Shown: in pieces, positions 40,002 through 49,951 of the stretch
Position numbering within the stretch: position 1 is the stretch's first letter
Layout: every line of letters begins with the position of its first letter
Origin: an uncultured Chloroflexia bacterium
GTDB lineage: Bacteria > Chloroflexota > Anaerolineae > JAAYZQ01
DNA: 64,000 nucleotides
Reading direction: 5' to 3'
Assembly: GCA_963700285.1 (NCBI GenBank)
Contig: CAVOXA010000014.1
Location: 768,001 to 832,000, forward strand
Notes under the pieces: model-generated
Database searches by the model: none
Told to the model about the DNA's origin: nothing
What the model saw: the letters and a program-made list of their open reading frames with translations, nothing else
Translations under genes and position numbers: made by a program

Positions 40002-41918
40002 TCAACCATAGTAGTAGGGCAGGATCACAGTCCACAAGGCGAGGGCATCCAGGGCGACGAGCGCCAGCAGCCCGGCCCAGGCAGCTTCCTTCAGCCAGTG
40101 GCGGGGCACCAGTTCGGCCCACCCAACGCACAAGAGCGTAGCCGTGGGGACAATGACGACTACCGCATACCGCGCCACCGGCCACTGAATGCCAGCGGTA
40201 GCGAATACCGGATGGATCCGCAGCGCCGCCCCCCCCCAGCCCGCCAGGAAGGCAGCGCCCAGGAGAGCCACGACGTGCACTTGCCACAGCTCGCGGTCCC
40301 GACCCCGACTGAGCCACCGCAGCAATTTCAGAGCCGCACCGGCTAGGCCGGCCAGGGTCAGCAGCAGCAGGGGGATAAAACAGAGATCGGGCAGGGCCAG
40401 ATGGTTCCAACCGAACCGCCCCCAGAAGCTTTGCAGCAGCATGAGCAGGTCCGGGCCGTAGACCCAGCCTGTACGCTCCAAATCCCACAGGGAGTGAAGG
40501 ACGTAGGTCACAGAGTAGCGGAACAGCGTCGTGTCGCCGATCCAGGCCCGGAGGCCCGGCCAGGCGCTCTCTGCGGAACCGTTGCGCACGAGGTTATCGA
40601 AGGGTCGCCCGGCCCACGATCCCGATTCGGCTGCGGCGGTGTCGAACTGGGGGGGCAAAGAAGCGGAAAAATCACCCGCGGCCAGCACGAGCCCATCCAA
40701 AAGAACCGCCTGGGAAGCGTCCGTGCTCGCTGGCAGGCGCGCGTGCACCGTAACGCTGGGCGCGTCCGCCGCCATCGTTGCCGTAATGACATGAAAGTGC
40801 CAGTCGCCCGCGGCCTGCACCTGGCGCCAGTGGAACGTCGAGCCGTCGGCCAAGCCCAGTATAACCGGTCCGGCCGGGCCTTCAGCCACCCGCAGCCAGG
40901 TCCCCAGCGTGACGGTCTGGCCCCGCAAGCGCTGGCCAGCCGATGGAGCGAGTTCTTGAAACAACATACGGGGATAGCGATCATCTCCGGCCGACAGGGC
41001 CAGCGCCGAGCGGCCCAGCACGGTGTCGGTGGCCAACCGGTTGGGAGCCGACGGCTCCTCTCGACCCTCCCAGAAAGCCGCCTGCCCGCCCCAGGTGACC
41101 GTCGCGACCAGGAAGACCAGGCTCAGCAGCGCCAGCCCCAGCCAGAACCAACGCCGCTGCCGTGGGACCAAGCCCTTTCTGAGAAGATACCCGCCGCCAA
41201 CTACCAGGAGGACCGCCACGGCCACGATGCTGGCCGTACTCTTGGTGGCGATGCAGGCGCCGGCCAGCAGCAGCACCAATCCGCCCTGCCATAGCAAAGG
41301 CCCACGGCGGATCATGCGCACGCTGGCCCACAACAACAGGGAGACGGCGGCGGCCGCGCCCACGTCGTTGTTGACCGAACTCATCAGATCCACAAATGGG
41401 GGAAGTAGCGCGATCAAGACAGCGACGGCCACGGGCAGCATCTGCCTCCGGGGAAAGACCTCGGTGACCAGGCCAAATGCTGAGGCCACGACAACCAGGC
41501 CGAGCAGAATCGAGCCCAGGCGCGCCAGATAGAGCTGGACGCCGACCCCCTGGTGCCTGGCCAGCCGCTGGGGCAAGGCCAGCAGCGCATAGTAGAGCGG
41601 TGGATGCACCAACTCCGTGATGCCAATGTCAGGAGGTGTGGTAGACCAAAAGTCGATGCTGGGACTGCCGGGATCCGCCCAGAAGCCTGACTCGCGCATC
41701 GAGGCAGCGATCTCCCGCCTCATCTCCAGGTCATAGTCGTCAGCCTGGGGGAGTCTTCCCTGCTCGGCAATCAGGCGGACGTACTCAAAGTGAGTCGGCT
41801 CATCGTAGTGCTGCCAGGGAGGAAAGGCAACCAGGTATAACAGGCCACGCACGAACATCAGTACGAGGACCAGGGCCAAGAACAAAAGCTGCCGCCGTCC
41901 CAAGTGTGGCAGAGGCAT
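40002..41918 (-). CDS. DUF2142/GT-C-like membrane glycosyltransferase with extracellular domain
   Basis: 'PPWQ..DEP.H','HPPLYY','VNND','SFWG.FGW','ARY'. Confidence 0.7.
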   Translation of the reverse strand: MPLPHLGRRQLLFLALVLVLMFVRGLLYLVAFPPWQHYDEPTHFEYVRLIAEQGRLPQADDYDLEMRREIAASMRESGFWADPGSPSIDFWSTTPPDIGITELVHPPLYYALLALPQRLARHQGVGVQLYLARLGSILLGLVVVASAFGLVTEVFPRRQMLPVAVAVLIALLPPFVDLMSSVNNDVGAAAAVSLLLWASVRMIRRGPLLWQGGLVLLLAGACIATKSTASIVAVAVLLVVGGGYLLRKGLVPRQRRWFWLGLALLSLVFLVATVTWGGQAAFWEGREEPSAPNRLATDTVLGRSALALSAGDDRYPRMLFQELAPSAGQRLRGQTVTLGTWLRVAEGPAGPVILGLADGSTFHWRQVQAAGDWHFHVITATMAADAPSVTVHARLPASTDASQAVLLDGLVLAAGDFSASLPPQFDTAAAESGSWAGRPFDNLVRNGSAESAWPGLRAWIGDTTLFRYSVTYVLHSLWDLERTGWVYGPDLLMLLQSFWGRFGWNHLALPDLCFIPLLLLTLAGLAGAALKLLRWLSRGRDRELWQVHVVALLGAAFLAGWGGAALRIHPVFATAGIQWPVARYAVVVIVPTATLLCVGWAELVPRHWLKEAAWAGLLALVALDALALWTVILPYYYG

Positions 41919-42005
41919 GGTTGGCAAGATTCCTATCAGATGCGACGGATCACAGGGGCCTGGCAGGCGGTGGGCGAGCCAACAGAAGATGCCAATTCGC
42001 GCGGG

Positions 42006-43415
42006 CTAGTAGGCACCCCTGCCCCTGAATACCGCGCCCGCAGTGCGCCAGAGGATCTGAATGTCAAGGAGAAGGGAATAGTGCTGGATGTAGAACAGAT
42101 CCTCCTCGCTATGGAGATACATGGGTTGATCGCTGCGGCCGTTGACCTGCCACCAGCCGGTGATCCCCTGGGGCACACCAAAGCGCTGCCACTGCCAGGG
42201 TTCGTATTGCTCCACGAGCCAGGGCAGTTCCGGTCGAGGGCCGACGAGGCTCATCTCTCCTTTGAGCACATTCAGGAGTTGAGGGATCTCGTCCAGGCTC
42301 GTGCGGCGCAACAGCCTGCCGGCACGAGTCACCCGGGGATCGTCAGGTTGCTTGTTCAGGAGCTGCCGCTCCCCTACCTCCTTCGCCATGGCGGTCTCCA
42401 TCTGCTCAGCCCCAGCAACCATCGAGCGAAACTTGTACATCGAAAACAGGCAGCCATTCTCGCCGACTCGCTGCTGCCTGAAAAGAACAGGCCCCGGAGA
42501 GTCCAGGCGGATGGCGATGGCCACCAGGGCCATGAGGGGCAGAGTCAAGACAAAGAGAAAGGTTCCGGCTACAAGATCAAAGGCCCGCTTGACCTGTCGC
42601 TCAAAGGGGTCCAGCGTCGGCTGCCCCAGCGTGATCATGGGTACCCCGGCAAACTCATCCACCTTGGTACGAAAGAGCGTGGTCTTGAAATAATCGGGAA
42701 GAATCCGGACTTGGACGGGCAGATTCTGAAGTTCGGCAATGAGGCGCAAGAGCTGGTCGTAGGCTTGCAAGGGCAGGGCGATGACGACTTCGGCAATCCC
42801 TTGGGCTTGGACGTGGTGGGCCACCTCGTCGACCTTGCCAAGTACTGGATGGCCAGCCACCTCTGTCTGGGGGGCGATCTCGTTGTCCAGGAAACCTACA
42901 GGTTCCAGCCCCGCCCAGCGATAACGCTCGATCATGCGCACGATATCGCGCCCGGCATCGCCAGCTTCCACAACCAACACCCTGCGGCGGGGATAGGCAG
43001 GTTGGTTTCTTTTCCCCATCAGCCAGCGCAGCAGCAGGCGGTAACCAATCAGAAACAAAAGATCCAGCGTGTAGAAAGTAATGATCTGCAGCCGCGAGAC
43101 CTGCCGAAAGGAGAAATAGAGCACGCAGCCAAGGGTCAGGGTAGCCAGCGTCACGGCTACGACCATGAGCTGGGCCTCTTCGAAGGGGCGCAGGGTGCGA
43201 GGCGTGTACACAGATAACAACAGAAAAGCTGTGCTCCAGATCAGCGCCACCAGAGCATAGACGATCGGAGAAAGGCTTGTGTGCTCGGCCGTCAGAGGCA
43301 TGCCAAAGGGCAGCCACGGTCTCAGAACACTTGCCAGGAATAGGGCAAACAGCGTAAGAATGATGTCTGAGGCAAAGCGAACCAGGGCATGGCTGGTTCC
43401 CGGCCGATCGAACAT
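42006..43415 (-). CDS. Polyprenyl-phosphate glycosylphosphotransferase (sugar transferase, WcaJ/WbaP-like)
   Basis: KRAFD, DSPGP, YKFRSM, DPRVT, DE.PQL.NVLKGEMSLVGPRP, GITGWWQV.GR. Confidence 0.93.
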   Translation of the reverse strand: MFDRPGTSHALVRFASDIILTLFALFLASVLRPWLPFGMPLTAEHTSLSPIVYALVALIWSTAFLLLSVYTPRTLRPFEEAQLMVVAVTLATLTLGCVLYFSFRQVSRLQIITFYTLDLLFLIGYRLLLRWLMGKRNQPAYPRRRVLVVEAGDAGRDIVRMIERYRWAGLEPVGFLDNEIAPQTEVAGHPVLGKVDEVAHHVQAQGIAEVVIALPLQAYDQLLRLIAELQNLPVQVRILPDYFKTTLFRTKVDEFAGVPMITLGQPTLDPFERQVKRAFDLVAGTFLFVLTLPLMALVAIAIRLDSPGPVLFRQQRVGENGCLFSMYKFRSMVAGAEQMETAMAKEVGERQLLNKQPDDPRVTRAGRLLRRTSLDEIPQLLNVLKGEMSLVGPRPELPWLVEQYEPWQWQRFGVPQGITGWWQVNGRSDQPMYLHSEEDLFYIQHYSLLLDIQILWRTAGAVFRGRGAY

Positions 43416-43428
43416 GCTACCGATTCCG

Positions 43429-46227
43429 TTACTTTACCACGATGTTTACCAGGCGGCCAGGCACAACAACAACCTTGACAATCTGCTTGCCAGAAACGTG
43501 CCGCTGAGCGCCTTCCGTATCCAAGGCCAGGGTACGGGCCGTATCCTGGTCTACCCCAACCGGCACATCAATCCGATCGCGCACCTTGCCGTTGACCTGC
43601 ACCACCAGGGTGACCATTTCTTCGGCGGCCACGGCCGCGTCCCATTCCGGCCAGGACTGCAGATGGATGGAATAAGGACGGCAGCTGCGCATCCAGAGCT
43701 CCTCGGCGATATGAGGGCAAGCCGGAGCCAGCATCAGGAGCAGGGCTTCCACTGCCTCTTCCCATGCCTCGGTACCATAGATGGGCGTGCCTTTGGCCTT
43801 AAGCATGGCATTGTTCAGCTCCATCAGATTGGCGATGTAGGTATTGAAACTGAAAGCCTCCATATCCTCAGTGCCCTTGCGGATGGCCTGATGGACCTTG
43901 CGGCGCAGGTCGCGGGCGGCCTGCGCCGCGGGTGCGGAATCGCCCTGGTTCCCTGGCTCCAGAACGCAGTCCCACACGCGCGCCAGGAAGCGAACGACTC
44001 CTTCAATGCCCTGTGAATCCCACGGACCGCCCTGGTCCCATCGCCAGCCAAACATCAAGTAGGCGCGCACGGTATCGGCGCCGTAGCGCGCCACCAAGTC
44101 ATCTGGTGAAATGACGTTGCCCCGGCTCTTGGACATCTTTTCGCCATCCTCGCCCAGGATGATTCCCTGGTTGCGGAGCATGGTCATGGGCTCATCAAAA
44201 TCGACGATTCCCAGGTCGCGCATGGCCTTGGTAAAGAACCGGGTGTAGATAAGGTGCATGGTCGCGTGCTCGATGCCGCCCGTGTACACATCCACCGGCG
44301 CCCAGTAGGCAGTTTCGACTGGATCCATAGGCATCGAGTCCGCGTGCGTGGGCTCCCCGTCGCGGTAGTAGGGGCTCAGGTAGGCATACTGATACCACGA
44401 AGAGCACATAAAAGTGTCCATGGTGTCCGTCTCCCGGGTGGCTGGGCCACCGCAACTGGGGCAAGTCGTATTCAGAAACCCTTCATGAAACCTGAGCGGA
44501 CTCTCACCCGTGGGACGGAACTCGGCATCCTCCGGCAGCACTACTGGCAGGTCCTCGTAGGCTACGGGCTGCACCCCACAATCGTCACAGTAGACCATGG
44601 GGATCGGCGCACCCCACATGCGCTGGCGGCTGATCAGCCAATCGTGCAGGCGGTAGTTGACCTTAAAATGGCCTTTGCCTTCGGCATCCAGCCATTCGGT
44701 CACACGCTGCTTGGCAGCATCGCCAGGCGTCCCACTGAACTGGTTGGAGTTTATCATGGTGCCATAGTCGGCATGGAACAGCACATCCCGGTAGAAAGGC
44801 AGGCTCCAGAGCATCTCCATCACTGTGCGATATTTGCTGGCCCTTTGAGCGAGCGATTGGCAACGGGTCATAATCGTCCTGTCGCTCTCCTCAGAGCACA
44901 AGGGCATCACAGCATCTTTGAAGATAAAGGACCAGCACCCCCCGACGACCTCGCTCCAGGCGCCGGGGCGCAGGTATGCCTGCACCAGCGTCGCGTAGCG
45001 AGCAGCCTCATCGGCCGGCATCGTCACGAACAGGCCCTGGTCTGTCTCTTCAAAGGAGAAGCCGGCCCGCTGCAGGGCCTCCCCAAGCCCATCCTCTGCC
45101 TCTCCAGCAGGAACATAACTCTTGGTCACCCTGTCGAGCCGGTCAATCACCGGAATGATGGACAGCCCATACCTGAGGGCAAACTGGAAGTCCCGTTCGT
45201 CATGCGCAGGCACGGCCATGATTGCTCCCGTACCGTAGGACATCATCACATAGTCAGCGATCCAAATGGGGATGCGCGCGCCGTTGACGGGATTGACAGC
45301 GTCAGCGCCGATATAGACGCCGGTCTTGTCCTTCTCGGTACTCAGTCGCTCGATCTCGGTCTGGCGGGTGGCCTGGGCCACATAGGCGTCCACCTCGGCG
45401 CGGCGGTCGGGTGTGGTCAGTCTGTGGACCAAAGGATGTTCGGGGGCCAGGACCATGAAGGTGGCCCCCCACAGGGTATCAGGCCGGGTCGTATAGACCA
45501 CAATGTCGTCGCCCTCTTCAGACTTGAAGGTAACATCGGCGCCCTCACTGCGGCCGATCCAGTTGGTCTGCATGGCCTGAACTCGCTCGGGCCAGTCAAT
45601 GTGGCTAAAATCGAGGAGTTCATCGGCATAGCTGGTGATGCGAAAGAACCACTGCTCCAGATCCTTCTTGATGACCGGGGTATGGCATCGCTCGCAGTGG
45701 CGGTCTTCGCCCCACACCTGCTCCCGGGCCAGGGTCGTATTGCACTGTGGGCAAAAGTCGACGGGTGCAGCGGCCCGATAGGCAATGCCCGCTTCGTAGA
45801 ACTTGAGGAAGAACCACTCGGACCAACGATAGTAGCCAGGCAGGCAAGAGATGGCTTCGCGCTCCCAATCAAACATCGCGCCCATGGTTCTGAGCTGGCG
45901 CTGCATCTTTTCGATGTTGGACATGGTCCAGATATGGGGATGGATACCCCGCTCAATGGCGGCGTTCTCCGCGGGAAGGCCAAAAGCATCAAAACCCATG
46001 GGGAACAGGACGTTGTAGCCCTGCATTCGCATGAAGCGTGCCCGGACATCGGAGGGCGCCATGGCGTACCAGTGGCCAATGTGCAGATCGCCACTCGGGT
46101 AGGGCAACATGGTCATGGCATAGTGCTTGGTCTTGCCTGGATCAATCACGGAGCGGTAGAGGTTGTCAGCCTCCCAGCGCGCTTGCCACTTGGGCTCGAT
46201 CTCGCCGGGTGTGTATTTGTCGGCCAT
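43429..46227 (-). CDS. leuS: Leucine--tRNA ligase
   Basis: PYPSG.LHIGH, TTRPDT, GTGAIMAVPAHD, WLISRQR, KMSKS. Confidence 0.98.
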   Translation of the reverse strand: MADKYTPGEIEPKWQARWEADNLYRSVIDPGKTKHYAMTMLPYPSGDLHIGHWYAMAPSDVRARFMRMQGYNVLFPMGFDAFGLPAENAAIERGIHPHIWTMSNIEKMQRQLRTMGAMFDWEREAISCLPGYYRWSEWFFLKFYEAGIAYRAAAPVDFCPQCNTTLAREQVWGEDRHCERCHTPVIKKDLEQWFFRITSYADELLDFSHIDWPERVQAMQTNWIGRSEGADVTFKSEEGDDIVVYTTRPDTLWGATFMVLAPEHPLVHRLTTPDRRAEVDAYVAQATRQTEIERLSTEKDKTGVYIGADAVNPVNGARIPIWIADYVMMSYGTGAIMAVPAHDERDFQFALRYGLSIIPVIDRLDRVTKSYVPAGEAEDGLGEALQRAGFSFEETDQGLFVTMPADEAARYATLVQAYLRPGAWSEVVGGCWSFIFKDAVMPLCSEESDRTIMTRCQSLAQRASKYRTVMEMLWSLPFYRDVLFHADYGTMINSNQFSGTPGDAAKQRVTEWLDAEGKGHFKVNYRLHDWLISRQRMWGAPIPMVYCDDCGVQPVAYEDLPVVLPEDAEFRPTGESPLRFHEGFLNTTCPSCGGPATRETDTMDTFMCSSWYQYAYLSPYYRDGEPTHADSMPMDPVETAYWAPVDVYTGGIEHATMHLIYTRFFTKAMRDLGIVDFDEPMTMLRNQGIILGEDGEKMSKSRGNVISPDDLVARYGADTVRAYLMFGWRWDQGGPWDSQGIEGVVRFLARVWDCVLEPGNQGDSAPAAQAARDLRRKVHQAIRKGTEDMEAFSFNTYIANLMELNNAMLKAKGTPIYGTEAWEEAVEALLLMLAPACPHIAEELWMRSCRPYSIHLQSWPEWDAAVAAEEMVTLVVQVNGKVRDRIDVPVGVDQDTARTLALDTEGAQRHVSGKQIVKVVVVPGRLVNIVVK

Positions 46228-46380
46228 ACGTTCTCCTGGATTAGGGCCACCGTCTGGGGTTTCGTGGTTGTCAAGCTGTCTCTGGCACGGCTCGCATTAC
46301 ACCCGGTCGGTGAATTGTACAGTCTAGGCCCAGTATACCGCACAACGAGCAGCTAGTCAATTCCAAAAGAAGCATCATGC

Positions 46381-46409
46381 AAAACCCCCTTCGCCAAAGA
46401 CGAAGGGGG
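46381..46409 (-). terminator. Intrinsic terminator after tRNA-Ala pair
   Basis: CCCCCTTCG...CGAAGGGGG with AAAA on + (U-tract on -). Confidence 0.75.
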
Positions 46410-46429
46410 CCGGCAGACACCTTCTCAGT

Positions 46430-46506
<77 letters not shown>

Positions 46507-46537
46507 ACAAAGACTCTATCTAATTGGGAAAGCTGGC

Positions 46538-46613
<76 letters not shown>

Positions 46614-46632
46614 CCGCGCCATTACGTGCCGT

Positions 46633-46661
46633 AGTATAGCCCAGAACGGTCGAGTTGTCAA
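46633..46661 (-). promoter_or_regulatory. sigma70 promoter of tRNA-Ala pair
   Basis: TTGACA-N17-TATACT on minus strand. Confidence 0.85.
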
Positions 46662-46774
46662 AACCGTGTAGAGCCAGGATCCACTCAGAATCTTGCAGAG
46701 CATGGAGGTGAGATTTTGAGTCTCACCGCGCCTGTGGTATGCTTGGGTCACCTCTGGAAGAAGGAGCATCCACG

Positions 46775-47390
46775 ATGAAACTGGATCTGCAACGCCTGGA
46801 AGTTGGGCCCTGGCCTGTCAACTGCTATCTGCTTTGCTGCCCAGCGACAGGTCAGGTGGCCATTGTAGATCCTGGTGCCGATGCGGCCACAATTCTCTCG
46901 GCCGTTGCAAAAGCTCAGGTCTGTTGCATACTCTTGACCCATGGTCACCCGGACCATACCGGCGCCCTCGTTGAGGTCCAGCGGATCACGGGCGCTCCCG
47001 CTGGCATCCATCTGGAGGATGCAGTGGCCTTTGGCCTGGAAGCTGACTTTCCCCTGATGGATGGCATGGAGGTGGAAGTCGGACGCGGACGGGTGACCGT
47101 CGCACACACACCGGGCCATACGCCAGGCAGCGTCTGCCTGCGGCTCAGAGGTCAAGCTGTGGTGGGTGACGCGGTCTTTCCGGGCGGGCCGGGTCACACG
47201 GCAACTACCGGATGCCTTGGCACAGAGTCTGATTTCGTTGGGACGGACGGTTTTTCGTTGGCCCAAGAATACGGAACTGTATCCCGGGCACGGCGGTCCA
47301 ACAACAGTCGGCGCAGAACGCAAGGCCTATCAGCAATTTCTCGTGGCTGACCACCCGCCTGATCTGTGCGGCGATGTAAAATGGCGCTAG
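46775..47390 (+). CDS. MBL-fold metallo-hydrolase (glyoxalase II-like); frameshift near 47207
   Basis: THGHPDH, HTPGHTPG, GD; C-terminal YPGHG lies in the next frame. Confidence 0.8.
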
Positions 47391-47693
47391 CCCTTCGGCC
47401 ACCAAAATGGTATGGCTCTTCAGGTAGCCCATCCTGTGCAGCCTTGCGCCATTGGGTTTGCGGCCAACGATCTTTTATGTTGAATTACGATACGATGGGC
47501 AGACGTCACCTCTCTACAAATCCAGCTGGCCTCGGCCCAACCCTTGTGCAGTTGGACGAAAGCCAGCACACTGAGGATGTCCATGGTACCCTGCTGCACA
47601 GCCCCTGGTGTTGTTGCCGCATCGAACAGGTCCCCCTCACTGGACTGTAGCAAGCTGGGAAGCACAGCAGCAGCTCCACCTGTAGGAGGAGAA

Positions 47694-49862
47694 ATGATCG
47701 GCCAGGTTATTATGGGCAGGTTCAGGATATACGATGAGGTCGGGGCGGGTGGATTCGCGACGGTGTATTTGGGCCGTAACCTGGACACCAACGAAATCGT
47801 GGCGGTCAAGGTTCTTAGCCAGCAACTTACCAGGGACGGCCGTTATGTTGAGCGCTTTCGGCGTGAGGCAATGCTAGCTCAGCACTTGCAGCACCCGAAC
47901 ATCGTGCGTGTCCTGGACTATGGCATGGAAGAAGGCAACCACTTCCTTGTCATGGAGTTCGTCGAGGGGGTGACTCTGGACAAAGTCATCCAGCGAAAGG
48001 GCACACTTTCCGTCACTGAGGCCCGTTCCTATGGTGAACAGACCTGCGCGGCGTTGGATGCTGCCTTTCAGGTCGGAATCATTCACCGCGACATCAAGCC
48101 AGCAAATCTGATGATCACACCTGGTGGCAGAGTCAAGGTCATGGACTTTGGTATTGCTCGTGTAGAATCGATGTCCGACCTGACTCAGACCGGCACCTTT
48201 ATGGGCACACCGCGCTACATCTCGCCCGAAATAGCTCAGGGCTCTCCCGCCGATGTGCGATCTGACCTCTATTCCCTGGGATTGGTCATCTATGAGATGC
48301 TCGTCGGCGCACCTCCGTTTGACGCCGGGAACTCTTGGGCAGTACTGCGCATGCAGCTCGAGAGGGATCTTCCTCCAATACGAAAGATCCGTCCGGACGT
48401 ACCGGCATGGCTGGAAGCGGTCATCCTTCGAGCAGCAGCCAAGGCGCCCGCTGAACGGTACCAGACACCTGCAGAGATGCTGGCCGCGCTGAGAAAGCAA
48501 AACTCAGTTGCAGGCAGCTTGCCAGGGCCAAAATCTGCAGCGCCGCTTGGCGAAACCATCCTTCCAGTCACCACCGCCCCGATCACGCCCAAACGAGAAG
48601 CGTCCAGAGCCCTGGTCAGAGGTCTGGTTGCTGCCGTTGTCCTGCTGACCATTGGGCTGATCGTGCTCTTGCTCTTTGCCCTCAGCGACGACCAGGCCAG
48701 GATCGCACCCGCAACCACGGGCATCACTTTGAGCAACGCCGGCAGCACCATTGCTCTGCCCACGAGTACTGCAATGGTGATCATCGTCACGGCTACGCCA
48801 GGCGCTGTCACAGCCACAAACACCCGGGCTCATACCCCGATCCCTACCCAGGCTGAGTCATCGCCCACTCACACCCCTTTGCCGCCGACCCATACACCGT
48901 TGCCTACGGCTACCACTACGCCTTCAGCCGAGCCCACCGATGTACCGGAGCCAACCGTACCTCCCACTCAAGGTCCAACCAACCCTCCTCAACCAACCGA
49001 TACACCGACAAGTGCGCCCGTACCATCAGCGAAAGGCAGGATTACGTTCAGTGCCAGTGGGGTGCTCCACATCGTTGATGCGGCAACTGGTCAAGACACC
49101 GTCGCACCCATCGCCGGCATGCGCCAGCCCGATCTCAGAGCTGATGGGCAACAGATCATCGCCAATGGTGAGGGAGCAGGTAAAGATAGCCTATGGACCA
49201 TCAACGCCAACACGGGCACCTTTGATCGCGAACAAGTCCCTTTCACGAACGATTTCCACCCCAGCTGGTCACCGGACGGAAGCCGCTTTGCATACGATTC
49301 ACTCCACCACGGATTAGGCAACTTTGAGATGCTATACACCCAGAGCCTCGCAGGTCCGGGAGCCCAACCCGAGGTCAGCCTCGCCCACAACGGGCAGCAA
49401 ATCCGCGGCAGTTCGCCGGTATGGATGCACGACGATTGGATTGCTTTCACGGGTTGCGATTATTGGCCTGGCGGCTCGGGCGGGTCCAAGTGTGGCCTCT
49501 ACCGCATGCCTAGCTGGGGTGGTCAGCCCCTCCCCATTCTCTCTGGCGCCACCAACATGTATGCTACGGACAACCATGGGGACCAATTACTGTACATGAG
49601 CCCGGAGGACGGCAACTGGGAAGTCTACATCGTACTCAACCAGGGTGGGGCTACCCGCAATCTTTCGCAGAGCCCTGGATCGCAGGATGGAGCGGGGACC
49701 TTCTCGCCTGATGGCAAGCTCGTCGCCTTTGTTTCCGACGCAGGCGGGGCCTGGGCCATCTGGGCCGCAAAGCCAGATGGAACCGGGCGGACCAAACTGT
49801 TCGATCTACCCGGCCCGCTGACCACCCCATGGGAGCAGGAAAGGATCTCCTGGGGACCTTGA
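47694..49862 (+). CDS. Membrane Ser/Thr protein kinase with Pro/Thr linker and TolB/PD40-like beta-propeller
   Basis: GAGGFATV, AVK, HRDIKPAN, DFG, GTPRYISPE; TM; PSWSPDG and FSPDGK repeats. Confidence 0.92.
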   Translation: MIGQVIMGRFRIYDEVGAGGFATVYLGRNLDTNEIVAVKVLSQQLTRDGRYVERFRREAMLAQHLQHPNIVRVLDYGMEEGNHFLVMEFVEGVTLDKVIQRKGTLSVTEARSYGEQTCAALDAAFQVGIIHRDIKPANLMITPGGRVKVMDFGIARVESMSDLTQTGTFMGTPRYISPEIAQGSPADVRSDLYSLGLVIYEMLVGAPPFDAGNSWAVLRMQLERDLPPIRKIRPDVPAWLEAVILRAAAKAPAERYQTPAEMLAALRKQNSVAGSLPGPKSAAPLGETILPVTTAPITPKREASRALVRGLVAAVVLLTIGLIVLLLFALSDDQARIAPATTGITLSNAGSTIALPTSTAMVIIVTATPGAVTATNTRAHTPIPTQAESSPTHTPLPPTHTPLPTATTTPSAEPTDVPEPTVPPTQGPTNPPQPTDTPTSAPVPSAKGRITFSASGVLHIVDAATGQDTVAPIAGMRQPDLRADGQQIIANGEGAGKDSLWTINANTGTFDREQVPFTNDFHPSWSPDGSRFAYDSLHHGLGNFEMLYTQSLAGPGAQPEVSLAHNGQQIRGSSPVWMHDDWIAFTGCDYWPGGSGGSKCGLYRMPSWGGQPLPILSGATNMYATDNHGDQLLYMSPEDGNWEVYIVLNQGGATRNLSQSPGSQDGAGTFSPDGKLVAFVSDAGGAWAIWAAKPDGTGRTKLFDLPGPLTTPWEQERISWGP

Positions 49863-49951
49863 GGCCGACGGCAACGCAAAGCCCAACGGAGGAACTGGCC
49901 CAGGACAAGGCGGCTGGGTTCCCATCACAGTTAGAAAGGCACGAGAACCAG

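Noticed and set aside
44254-46356. Long antisense ORFs (700 aa opposite leuS; also 41904-43217, 35463-36551, 26824-27900)
   Set aside because: Shadow frames expected opposite GC-rich genes; no motifs
48760-49030. Pro/Thr-rich repetitive coding stretch
   Set aside because: Ordinary extracellular linker of the Ser/Thr kinase
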